Part shown: positions 8,391 to 15,885 of the stretch, in pieces
Layout of the letters: every line of letters starts with the position of its first letter
Numbering within the stretch: position 1 is the stretch's first letter
NCBI GenBank assembly: GCA_003345595.1
Contig: PRDI01000128.1
Coordinates: forward strand, 1 to 19,542
Source: Candidatus Thorarchaeota archaeon
GTDB taxonomy: Archaea > Asgardarchaeota > Thorarchaeia > Thorarchaeales > Thorarchaeaceae
Length of the DNA stretch: 19,542 bases
Reading direction: 5' to 3'
Program-made: the position numbers and the translations under genes
The notes under the pieces: generated by a model
What the model was told of the DNA's origin: nothing
The model's input: only the letters and a program-made list of their open reading frames with translations
Database searches by the model: none

Positions 8391-9815
8391 CTATGCCTTT
8401 CCTCCGAACGTCACGTTGCCTATGACAATCTTGGGTCCTCCAAGTCCTACAGGCAAGGGGGACTGGTCGCCCTTTCCGCATCCACCAAAGTACCCTGATT
8501 GGATATGTAGGTCTCTCGTAGCACCCTCGACTCGAGTCAATAGTTCAAGTATGTTACCTGATAGAGCCACCTCCCTCAATGGATACTTGATCTCGCCATG
8601 TTCAACCCAGTAGCCTCGAACAGCAATGAAGAGAAACGAACCATTCCCCTCGACCTGTCCTCCCGATGATTGTATGGCGTAGACTCCCGTGTCTAGCTTC
8701 TCTAGTGCTTCTTGTTCGGAAAGGTTTCCGGGCATGAAGTACGTGTTGGTCATTCTGACAATGGGTGGAAAGACGTAGCTCACTGCTCGGCTGTTGCCGG
8801 TAGGCCTTTCAGAGAGCCGCTCTGCGGTCCCACGATTGTGTAAGTAGTGCAGGAGAACACCTTTGTCGAGAACCGTTGTCGAACTCCCCCTGACGCCCTG
8901 ATCGTCGAACGGCACCCACAGTCCACCAGTCTTTCTGATGTCCGGAAGCCCAGAGTCCAGAATAGATGCCTCTGGAGTGCCCAAGCGACTTCCAATCTTG
9001 TTAGTAAGAGGTGAGGCACCGGTGACAACGAAGTCCGCTTCACTCAGATGACCGAAGGATTCATGCGCCAGCACCCCTGCAAGCCTCTCATCAATCAGTG
9101 CCCGAAGATTCCCTGCGGGGCAGGGCTGGGCTTTGAGCTGCTCCTTAGCTCTGCTGCCGGCTTCACCCCCGACATCTTCTGGTGTGTTCCCTTTACTCTC
9201 GAAGTACTCGAGACCGAATGTTCCTCCGTTACCCTCTAGGCCGATTACCAGTGCTCCCGAGTCCGCCTTTGAGATGACGAAGCAACGCATGTCCGTCACT
9301 AAGTAGTTCCAGTCAACCGAACTCCCTTCGCTGTTGGTGAAAATCTTTCTGCCATGAAGCTCACCATACAGACCACGAACATTCTTAATATTGGCTCCGT
9401 GCTCTCGGGCCGCTTCAATGGTCCGATTCACGAGGTCTACCTTGTAAGCGAGGTCACGTTCGCTCGGGTGTATTTTGACTCGCAGTGTATCCGATGGAGC
9501 GCTCTTTGAAGGACTGCCTTTGGTGATCGGCAACCTGAGTTCGGCTGCGGGTGCAGAAGCCCTTGCCATCTTGAAGGCCTTCTGTGCGGCAGCCCGAACT
9601 TCCTTCATCGTGGAGCTCGCTGTGAACGAATAGCCTGACACTCCCTCAACGTAGCAGGTTATCCCGACACCCATTCGTGACTTCACCTGAATGTCCTTCC
9701 AAGTGTCGTCCGTCCTTTCGAGCGTCCGTAGAGTAAGGTCATCATACCGTGCGTCTACGAACTGCGCTCCGAGCTTTTCACCATACTCAACAGCTTTCTG
9801 CAGGACTTCGATCAA
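8391..9815 (-). CDS. tldD: TldD metalloprotease, catalytic subunit
   Basis: HESFGH (HExxGH) zinc motif, FDDQG, RMTNTY and C-terminal GGCGK metal-ligand Cys. TTG start with a GGAGAGAGG RBS. Confidence 0.92.
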   Translation of the reverse strand: MIEVLQKAVEYGEKLGAQFVDARYDDLTLRTLERTDDTWKDIQVKSRMGVGITCYVEGVSGYSFTASSTMKEVRAAAQKAFKMARASAPAAELRLPITKGSPSKSAPSDTLRVKIHPSERDLAYKVDLVNRTIEAAREHGANIKNVRGLYGELHGRKIFTNSEGSSVDWNYLVTDMRCFVISKADSGALVIGLEGNGGTFGLEYFESKGNTPEDVGGEAGSRAKEQLKAQPCPAGNLRALIDERLAGVLAHESFGHLSEADFVVTGASPLTNKIGSRLGTPEASILDSGLPDIRKTGGLWVPFDDQGVRGSSTTVLDKGVLLHYLHNRGTAERLSERPTGNSRAVSYVFPPIVRMTNTYFMPGNLSEQEALEKLDTGVYAIQSSGGQVEGNGSFLFIAVRGYWVEHGEIKYPLREVALSGNILELLTRVEGATRDLHIQSGYFGGCGKGDQSPLPVGLGGPKIVIGNVTFGGKA

Positions 9816-9854
9816 ATGCCTCTCTCCAAGTTGCGAAGGACATCCGAGCCTGCA

Positions 9855-9860
9855 TTTTAA
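9855..9860 (-). promoter_or_regulatory. Putative TATA box for tldD-pmbA
   Basis: TTAAAA on the minus strand, preceded by a purine-rich BRE-like GAAAAGA, about 40 nt before the TTG. Confidence 0.45.
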
Positions 9861-9886
9861 CCTAGTCTTTTCAGCCAGACGGTGAT

Positions 9887-10435
9887 TCAGCTCATGAACT
9901 CCGCGACCTCTTCCAGAGGCTTTCTAGTCATGGGCAGTGGCGAATTGGCTGGCCATCCAATGCTGACTGCGGCCGTCAACAGCCATGACTTGCCGAAATA
10001 GGCTCTGACTGCATCCGAGGCGTAGAAGATATCTCCTATCCACAAAGATCCTAGTCCAAGACTGTATGCCTTGAGTAGCATGTTCTGGATCGCAGCTGCC
10101 ACGCCATGGACCTCGGTTTCCCACCCTCTGGCACCTGCATTCCAGACGATGATTAGAACAGGGGCATGCTCCATGATATCACACGAACCGTATGCTGAAC
10201 CCATCGCAGGACTTCCGATACTGCGCTCGGTCTTCCTGAGCTCTTTTCGAAAGGAATTTGTGAACTTGCTTTTTGCCGCGCCCGTCAAGACTGTGAAACG
10301 CCATTGTTGCTCGTTCTTTGCTGAGGGCGCCCATGTCGCAGCTACAAGCACCTGCTTGACAAGGTCCATAGGTACCTCTCGTGTATAGTACTCCCTGATG
10401 CTACGTCGTCCTACGATTGCATCACCTAGTTCCAT
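9887..10435 (-). CDS. Nitroreductase family FMN-dependent oxidoreductase
   Basis: RRSIR, WAPSAKNEQQW, AAIQNMLLKAYSLGLGSLWIG, IGWP and RKPLEE motifs. Confidence 0.92.
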   Translation of the reverse strand: MELGDAIVGRRSIREYYTREVPMDLVKQVLVAATWAPSAKNEQQWRFTVLTGAAKSKFTNSFRKELRKTERSIGSPAMGSAYGSCDIMEHAPVLIIVWNAGARGWETEVHGVAAAIQNMLLKAYSLGLGSLWIGDIFYASDAVRAYFGKSWLLTAAVSIGWPANSPLPMTRKPLEEVAEFMS

Positions 10436-10458
10436 GCTTTTTCCATGAGAGCGAGGCC

Positions 10459-10464
10459 TTATAT
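10459..10464. promoter_or_regulatory. TATA-like element in the short divergent spacer between the nitroreductase and ICMT-like genes
   Basis: TTATAT/ATATAA lies 23 nt from the minus-strand ATG (leaderless spacing) and 35 nt from the plus-strand GTG at 10500. Confidence 0.45.
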
Positions 10465-10499
10465 CAGCTCGCTACAAATATCGTTTGAGGACTGTAACG

Positions 10500-11012
10500 G
10501 TGACACAGAGCCCAGACATTGCCCCGGGAGATAGAGACTTTATACAGTCGTTGGCGGCTGTACTCAATTTCGCAGTGATTCTGCCGATTGCCATGGTGAG
10601 CGGAAGCTACGGTATTGGACTCTGGGACTTCATCTTCGTGGCAATCGGAATTGGCTTGACAGTCAGATTCATCAGATACCTTTCTGCGGCATTCCAGTTC
10701 CGCGAAACGCATATCAAAGCTGAGAAAGCTGACAGATTTGTCACGGAGGGGATATACGGGAGAATCCGACATCCGGTTTCGGCGGCTCTGATGTACATGA
10801 ACATCGCCTATGTCTTCCTCTTCAGGTCTTTCAGTCTGATACCCGTCGTGCCGATATTCTGTGCAGTATACTACGCCCTTGCGAAGGCAAGAGAAAATGC
10901 ACTGATAGAAAGGTTTGGCGACAGGTACCGCAACTATATGCAGACTACTGGGATGTTTCGGGGAGGCAGTGGGTCCAGAGAGAGCAACCTGTCCGGCTAT
11001 GCGATCAACTGA
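10500..11012 (+). CDS. Isoprenylcysteine carboxylmethyltransferase (ICMT/STE14) / PEMT-like membrane methyltransferase
   Basis: Several TM segments plus FVTEGIYGRIRHP and RENALIERFGDRYRNY motifs. GTG at 10500 follows GAGG (alternative start: TTG 10485). Confidence 0.85.
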   Translation: MTQSPDIAPGDRDFIQSLAAVLNFAVILPIAMVSGSYGIGLWDFIFVAIGIGLTVRFIRYLSAAFQFRETHIKAEKADRFVTEGIYGRIRHPVSAALMYMNIAYVFLFRSFSLIPVVPIFCAVYYALAKARENALIERFGDRYRNYMQTTGMFRGGSGSRESNLSGYAIN

Positions 11013-11064
11013 CCGTGAGCTGCGACCTGAGGGCGATTTCAAGCTGGAGCCATCTGAAGCAAAC

Positions 11065-11958
11065 CTACTGTAGCTCCGCAATCTCTGGCGGCGGTATGAC
11101 AGCCTTTGAAACATCGTGGCCTGGACTCAGATACTCTACCGTGCCTGTGATGGCTCTGAGGTCGCCTCCTTGGCTCCTTATTCTGAAAGCGGCAACACCT
11201 ATTGTTCCCCCGTTGATGGTGCCAATCCGGTGCATCCTAAACGAACCTACGGACATATCAACGCCCAGAGGCAAGACGACCTCAACCACGACCATAGCAA
11301 TCGCAGCGCTCGACGTATTGTTGACTGCAACAGTCAACACATAGTCGTCCATCTTCTTCTCGATTTTCGAGGTGATCTTTACTTCGCTCTCAGGCACAGG
11401 CACTGGTACGGTCTTGGCCTGAGGAGCAGGTTTCTCGCTGGCCTTTGGAGTTTCAGACCATGCGGACCAAGTTCGACGCTGCGGCTCCCTTGCAGACTGT
11501 GCAGCAGGCGAAGACTGTGCAGCTCGTGTCGGCTGTGCAGTGCTCGCAGGTTGAGCGGTGCGTCTGGTTGGCGCCGCGCTCGGTGGGGCGCTTGTGGTCT
11601 TCAGGGTTGAAGACCCTGTCACAAAGGACAGCAAGTCTGGCCACTCATAGATGATGAATACTAATCCAGCCACGACCACGCACGCCCATGTCAAGGTCGA
11701 GATCACCATTGAACGAAAGCTGGGGTTCTCGAAGACCTGGATGACGGGCAGAATCAGATAGTCATATATCGGACCCAATGCAGCCCGGAGGTCGTCCCAG
11801 AACGTGAGCAAGAAGACTCCTGTAGACCCGTCCACGTTTGACAAAGAGCCACCGGGCATCGTCAACTGGAATGAATACTGCCACAGTACCTTTCCCAGCA
11901 CTGTCGTGATTACAGCGAGAACAGAGAAGGCCTTCAGGAAGACCCTCATCACGAACAC
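11065..11958 (-). CDS. Membrane protein: 2-3 hydrophobic segments, a Pro/Ala/Thr/Ser/Gln-rich linker and a C-terminal Ig-like beta-sandwich
   Basis: Hydrophobic N-terminal segments, then a low-complexity linker. C-terminal YVLTVAVNNTS..I..VVVEV.LP...IGTI.GG.....F.I....AITGTVEY shows an alternating beta-strand pattern. Confidence 0.7.
   Translation of the reverse strand: MFVMRVFLKAFSVLAVITTVLGKVLWQYSFQLTMPGGSLSNVDGSTGVFLLTFWDDLRAALGPIYDYLILPVIQVFENPSFRSMVISTLTWACVVVAGLVFIIYEWPDLLSFVTGSSTLKTTSAPPSAAPTRRTAQPASTAQPTRAAQSSPAAQSAREPQRRTWSAWSETPKASEKPAPQAKTVPVPVPESEVKITSKIEKKMDDYVLTVAVNNTSSAAIAMVVVEVVLPLGVDMSVGSFRMHRIGTINGGTIGVAAFRIRSQGGDLRAITGTVEYLSPGHDVSKAVIPPPEIAELQ
11495..11566. repeat. Four degenerate 18-bp tandem units coding (T/A)AQ(P/S)xx hexapeptides
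   Basis: Units start at 11495 GACTGTGCAGC, 11513 GACTGTGCAGC, 11531 GGCTGTGCAGT and 11549 GGTTGAGCGGT. Confidence 0.7.
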
Positions 11959-11977
11959 CTCAGCTCTAGATTATCAT

Positions 11978-12003
11978 GACTGGTTATTAAGCTTCATCCA
12001 GTC
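11978..12003. promoter_or_regulatory. Inverted repeat GACTGG-N14-CCAGTC enclosing a TATA-like TTAATAA (minus strand)
   Basis: Arms at 11978-11983 and 11998-12003. The AT box at 11984-11990 lies about 26 nt upstream of the 11958 start. Confidence 0.4.
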
Positions 12004-12037
12004 CAGCGCCTCCTAGCGAAAGGGTTTTCACCAATAT

Positions 12038-12059
12038 GGGGCAACTGCCCCTCAGTTGC
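12038..12059. promoter_or_regulatory. Two overlapping palindromes upstream of the radical SAM gene
   Basis: GGGGCA-AC-TGCCCC at 12038-12051 and GCAACTG-CCCCT-CAGTTGC at 12041-12059. Confidence 0.4.
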
Positions 12060-12088
12060 AGTCGTTTTCCTGGCGGAGCAGACAATGA

Positions 12089-12970
12089 ATGTTGGAGTAT
12101 GAAGGGTCAATATGGAGGCCACCCAGTGAAGCGCAGAGTCTGATTCTGCAGGCGACCGTTGGTTGTTCGCACAACGCCTGCACCTACTGCGTGTCCTACA
12201 AGGGAAAGCACTTCAGAGTGCGAGGAGTTGAGGGAATCAAGTCAGACCTAGCGCATTTGACAGCCATGCAGAAACGCACAGTCAAGAGAGTCTTCCTGGC
12301 AGATGGAAATGCTCTCACGATTGACACTGATGAGATGCTGGAGATACTTGCTGTTCTGAAGCAAGAGATACCGAGTCTTGAGAGGGTGGGCGTCTACGGA
12401 TACGCAAAAGATGTCCGGAGTAAGTCCATAGAGGAAATGAGGCAGATTCATTCATCTGGACTGGGTATTGCTTACTTTGGACTTGAAACCGGAGATGATG
12501 AGATACTCAGAGACGTACGCAAAGGCGTCAGCTCCGAAGAAAACGTTGCGGCCTGCAAGAAGATCCGCGAAGCTGGAATTCCAGTTTCCGTCACAATCAT
12601 TCTTGGTTTAGGCGGAAAAGGACTCTCCGAACGTCACGCAGTTCATACAGCAAGAGCACTGAACGAAATCGATCCAGAGTACGTGGGGGCATTAACCCTT
12701 ATGATACCGAGAGGCACCCCACTGTTTGACATGGTTCAACAAGGCGAGTTCGAGCCAATGGAGCCCTTTGACACGTTGAGAGAGCTCAGGCTACTCGTGG
12801 AAAACCTCGAACTAAGCGAATGTGTGTTCAGAACGAATCATGCGTCCAACTACTTCCCAATTGGAGGCACACTCAGCCACGACAAGGAGGCAATGCTCTC
12901 TGTGATTTCCAGAGTGGTATCTAGTGAGGACGAGTCCACTCTCAGACCGGGCTACCTCAGAGGATTATAG
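12089..12970 (+). CDS. Radical SAM protein (stand-alone COG1032-like, CX4CX2C)
   Basis: YEG.IWRPPSEAQSLILQATVGCSHNACTYC, VFLADGNAL, YFGLETG and FRTNHASNY motifs. Confidence 0.9.
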   Translation: MLEYEGSIWRPPSEAQSLILQATVGCSHNACTYCVSYKGKHFRVRGVEGIKSDLAHLTAMQKRTVKRVFLADGNALTIDTDEMLEILAVLKQEIPSLERVGVYGYAKDVRSKSIEEMRQIHSSGLGIAYFGLETGDDEILRDVRKGVSSEENVAACKKIREAGIPVSVTIILGLGGKGLSERHAVHTARALNEIDPEYVGALTLMIPRGTPLFDMVQQGEFEPMEPFDTLRELRLLVENLELSECVFRTNHASNYFPIGGTLSHDKEAMLSVISRVVSSEDESTLRPGYLRGL

Positions 12971-13114
12971 GCAACCTATCTATGGTGGAGCTGCTACGAT
13001 AGCTATAAGATGCAATGACAGCCAGAATCACTGAAATGCAACTCGTTGATTGGTGAGTGATGTACCACGGTCGACAAGATGTACGTAATAAGTTGCAGTA
13101 GAAACCTAACCAGT

Positions 13115-13480
13115 ATGGGCGTTTCGCATATTAGAACTGCAGTCGCCGGGCTTGAAGAATCCGTATTGTCTCTCGACTGGTCCAACTCCAAGCTCATGCC
13201 AGTGATTGCTAGCGAGAAGGTGGCTTTCGCGGCTGGAGAAACGAAGATCATAGAGATTAGACCAATACGGATTCCAGCATACTCGATGGTTGTTCAGTCG
13301 TTCTTCGGCGTGAATGGCGCAGTCCACTTACTGTGCCTCGGCGCTTCCCAGTTCAAGCCTTTCTCAGAGGACAGGATTGCAGAGATTGCTCAGCTTCAAT
13401 CAAGGATGAAGTGCTCAGTATTGCCATGGGATCTTCTGGGTCAAGTGATAGTTGTTCCCGGGAAGAGAAAACAGGAATGA
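13115..13480 (+). CDS. DUF22-like archaeal protein
   Basis: PVIASEKVAFAAGETKIIEIRPIRIP....V and DLLGQVIV match the archaeal DUF22 pattern as I recall it. Start is ATG 13115 or 13079. Confidence 0.7.
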   Translation: MGVSHIRTAVAGLEESVLSLDWSNSKLMPVIASEKVAFAAGETKIIEIRPIRIPAYSMVVQSFFGVNGAVHLLCLGASQFKPFSEDRIAEIAQLQSRMKCSVLPWDLLGQVIVVPGKRKQE

Positions 13481-13513
13481 CATGAGAAATCGGCCATGTC
13501 TACCACTACAGTA

Positions 13514-13828
13514 TCACAGAGAAACAATCATTTCGTACTTGTCCATTGCAAGGTCCACCATGTCCCCAAAGTCGACCAATGAAACGCCTGGAGTCAAGCG
13601 ACCTTCCAAGCCTCTTTCCTGAACGTGTGGCCTAGCCGCGTACACGGGCACGCCCAGCTTCATAACACCCTTCGAGCAGGGGTTGCCCTTGTCCGCCTGG
13701 AAGACACCGTCTTGAACCAGCAAGAGCCCTACCTCGTTTCCGCTCTTCTTAATGCCGTCAACTACTTCGAAGAGACTCTTACATTCGTCTGAGATCCAGA
13801 TGAGAACCTTCACCAACACCACCTTCAT
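13514..13828 (-). CDS. dsrH: DsrH/TusB family sulfur-relay subunit
   Basis: LLLVQDGV, VYA...VQERGL and VDFGDMVDL motifs. Its ATG overlaps the upstream TGA (TGATG). Confidence 0.8.
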   Translation of the reverse strand: MKVVLVKVLIWISDECKSLFEVVDGIKKSGNEVGLLLVQDGVFQADKGNPCSKGVMKLGVPVYAARPHVQERGLEGRLTPGVSLVDFGDMVDLAMDKYEMIVSL

Positions 13829-14178
13829 CAGAATGTTACTACAACCTCGTTCTGTGTCAGGATTTGCCCAACCTTGAGAGGATCGAGGATTTCGACACCC
13901 GGAATAAGCTCCCCGAGATTGATTCCGCGTTCTTCGAGTGACTTCTTGCTCACACAGACGCGGCCGCCAAACCCTTCGTATGTAGCCTTGAACATCTTGA
14001 TCGGTCGTTCATCCATAGCCTTCAACAATGAATAGACCCCGTCACCCACGAACAACATTGTCGGCTGGTGATCCATTCCGAACATGCCAACAGCCGCCCG
14101 CCAGCCCTCGAAGTTGATGATCTTTCCAAAAGGCTTGCTTCTAATCAAAACCAAGACCTTGCGCTCTTTGAACTCCAT
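13828..14178 (-). CDS. dsrF: DsrF/TusC family sulfur-relay subunit
   Basis: VLVLIRSKPFG...EG.R, LFVGDGVYSL and SLEERGI motifs. Confidence 0.8.
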   Translation of the reverse strand: MEFKERKVLVLIRSKPFGKIINFEGWRAAVGMFGMDHQPTMLFVGDGVYSLLKAMDERPIKMFKATYEGFGGRVCVSKKSLEERGINLGELIPGVEILDPLKVGQILTQNEVVVTF

Positions 14179-14189
14179 CTAGTATCCCT

Positions 14190-14555
14190 CTACAGCGTTA
14201 GCGTAATGAACCTGTCACATTCTCCAATAATCTGCGCGAATTCTGTCAGACTACTGACACCTACGCCACTGATGAAATCGCTCCCGTCCTGTGCGAATCC
14301 CCTTGCAGCTGTGCAGAGGCCACACGCCTGGAACTCCACTCCTGCGTCTGCAAGCTCCTGAAACATCTGATCCATCGGTCGTTCCGGGTCTGGGTCCTGT
14401 TTGAGCTTGGCATTATTGACGCCATCCACAAAAAGGAATACCTTCACCTTGTGACCCTTGCCGATGGCAGCCTTTGCCAACTCATAGAGCGTGCGACTGT
14501 TTTCGAATGTGTATGGCCCCGTCAACAAAAGGAGTCCAAGAGTCTTGCTCTGCAT
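14190..14555 (-). CDS. dsrE: DsrE/TusD family sulfurtransferase subunit
   Basis: TGPYT, VFLFVDGV and ACGLCTAARG motifs. The first Cys of the CxxC is residue 78, the same number as the catalytic Cys78 of DsrE/TusD. GAGGT RBS. Confidence 0.85.
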   Translation of the reverse strand: MQSKTLGLLLLTGPYTFENSRTLYELAKAAIGKGHKVKVFLFVDGVNNAKLKQDPDPERPMDQMFQELADAGVEFQACGLCTAARGFAQDGSDFISGVGVSSLTEFAQIIGECDRFITLTL

Positions 14556-14600
14556 CTACAGCGACCTCGTTTCTCATTGAAGGCGTCGTTGGGAGGTCCG

Positions 14601-14649
14601 TTAAAAACGAATCCATTCAGCTCAATCCCAATATTGAATAGCAGGATTG
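14601..14649. promoter_or_regulatory. dsrEFH TATA box (TTTTTAA, minus strand) and a 27-bp palindromic candidate operator
   Basis: TTAAAAA at 14601-14607. CAATCC-caa-TATT-g-AATA-gca-GGATTG at 14623-14649 has both arm pairs centred on 14636. Confidence 0.5.
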
Positions 14650-14696
14650 CGCATGCCTTGTCTGCTTGAGCTTCTTGACCTTCTGGGGAGCCTCAA

Positions 14697-15767
14697 ATGA
14701 ATAGGATAGCTGTGACCTACGAAACAAAGGACGGAGCAATCAGACAGATTGAGGTCGATACCGACGGTCGGATTGTAGACCTCAGTCGCCTGAGTGCTGT
14801 GAGCATCAACCTGACTCCTCTTGCCAATGCAGTGGGCATCGAGGAGCTGCAGCTCGCCTCGAACAAACTCAAGTCCATCGACCTCAGACCGCTGAGCAAA
14901 TGCGCGCGTCTTCAAGTCTTGAATCTGACGAAGAATAAAATCCAGCAACTGAGCCTACGAGGGCTCGAGGGGTGTATAGCTCTCAGAGAGCTGAACCTCG
15001 GTGGAAACGAGCTGAAGGTCCTGGACCTGTCACCCTTGTCCAGCTGCATGAACCTACAGAGGTTGAGGATGTTCGGCAATCAGATCGAGAAACTTGATCT
15101 CAAGCCGCTCTCCAAGTGCGACAAGCTTGAATACTTGGAGCTCGAGACCAATCATATCGAGTCCATAGACCTCGGGCCTCTGAAGAAATGTGTGAACTTG
15201 GTACAACTTAATCTCATGCATAATTCTCTGACATCTGTTGACCTGTCGGCACTGAAGCAGTGTCGCAAGCTCAAGTTCCTGTATCTTCATCACAATGCAC
15301 TCGGGTCGATAGACCTGGGCCCAGTCGAGCAGTGTGCAGACCTGACAATACTCAGAATAGGGAGCAACGAGATCAGGAACATTGACCTCGAACCGCTTGC
15401 CAAGTGTGCGAACCTGAGGCGACTTGAGCTGGCGATGAATGCTCTACAGACGCTGGACCTATCTCCCTTGGCAAGTTGTGCCGAACTGCGAGCACTCGAT
15501 GTAGCTGGAAATCATCTTACATCGATAGATCTCTCCCCTCTCTCGGACTGCAAGAATCTCGAGGAACTGTACTTGTTCAGCGATCATCCTCAGGAGAACC
15601 AGTTCACCGAGGTGGACGTGTCAGCACTCTTCGCATGCACGAACCTTGAAGATCTAGGAATGCCGGAATCTGTCGACCTGGTTGCTGAATCGTCACTGAA
15701 AGAACAAGAAAACATTCCCACTGCATTGCAGGAACTGATTGATGAAGCAAGAATATCTTGGACCTGA
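14697..15767 (+). CDS. Leucine-rich repeat protein with 24-aa Cys-containing repeats
   Basis: Ten consecutive 24-aa units (consensus IDLxPLxxCxxLxxLxLxxNxLxx), one 29-aa unit and one terminal partial unit. No signal peptide. Confidence 0.95.
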   Translation: MNRIAVTYETKDGAIRQIEVDTDGRIVDLSRLSAVSINLTPLANAVGIEELQLASNKLKSIDLRPLSKCARLQVLNLTKNKIQQLSLRGLEGCIALRELNLGGNELKVLDLSPLSSCMNLQRLRMFGNQIEKLDLKPLSKCDKLEYLELETNHIESIDLGPLKKCVNLVQLNLMHNSLTSVDLSALKQCRKLKFLYLHHNALGSIDLGPVEQCADLTILRIGSNEIRNIDLEPLAKCANLRRLELAMNALQTLDLSPLASCAELRALDVAGNHLTSIDLSPLSDCKNLEELYLFSDHPQENQFTEVDVSALFACTNLEDLGMPESVDLVAESSLKEQENIPTALQELIDEARISWT

Positions 15768-15771
15768 GCCG

Positions 15772-15874
15772 GTCATTGGCAGTTTGGCGCCAGATATATG
15801 TGCGCAGCCACGAATTGCCGCTACATATATATGCAGATAATATACGAGGTTATATTGTCGCGCCAGCCACTGAC
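15772..15874 (+). ncRNA. Candidate structured RNA element (three-way junction) filling the intergenic region between the LRR and small-ORF genes
   Basis: P1: GTCA/TGAC, TGGC/GCCA and TGGCGC/GCGCCA. P2: ATATATGT/ACATATAT plus GC/GC and GCAG/TTGC. P3: GATAATATA/TATATTGTC. Paired by eye. Confidence 0.4.
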
Positions 15875-15885
15875 GGTGGATGGCA

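Noticed and set aside
10464-11114. 216-aa minus-strand ORF and the other overlapping ORFs in the track (e.g. 697-1113, 11116-11610, 14622-14948)
   Set aside because: Antisense or alternative-frame shadows of well-supported genes, with Ser/Arg-rich unnatural composition and no motifs.
6977-12970. RiPP biosynthetic cluster (TldD/E, nitroreductase as azoline dehydrogenase, radical SAM, methyltransferase)
   Set aside because: No YcaO, E1-like/RRE protein, SPASM domain, exporter or convincing precursor. The genes are in mixed orientation and all are common archaeal families.
13015-13062. Eukaryote-like SECIS (ATGA...AAA...GA), and selenocysteine or pyrrolysine recoding generally
   Set aside because: Helix II does not pair properly next to the putative quartet. 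No redox gene here has an in-frame TGA/TAG at a catalytic position, and all end at normal family lengths.
14805-15650. CRISPR-like or non-coding repeat array (72-bp periodic GACCT motifs)
   Set aside because: Fully explained by the 24-aa LRR coding periodicity.
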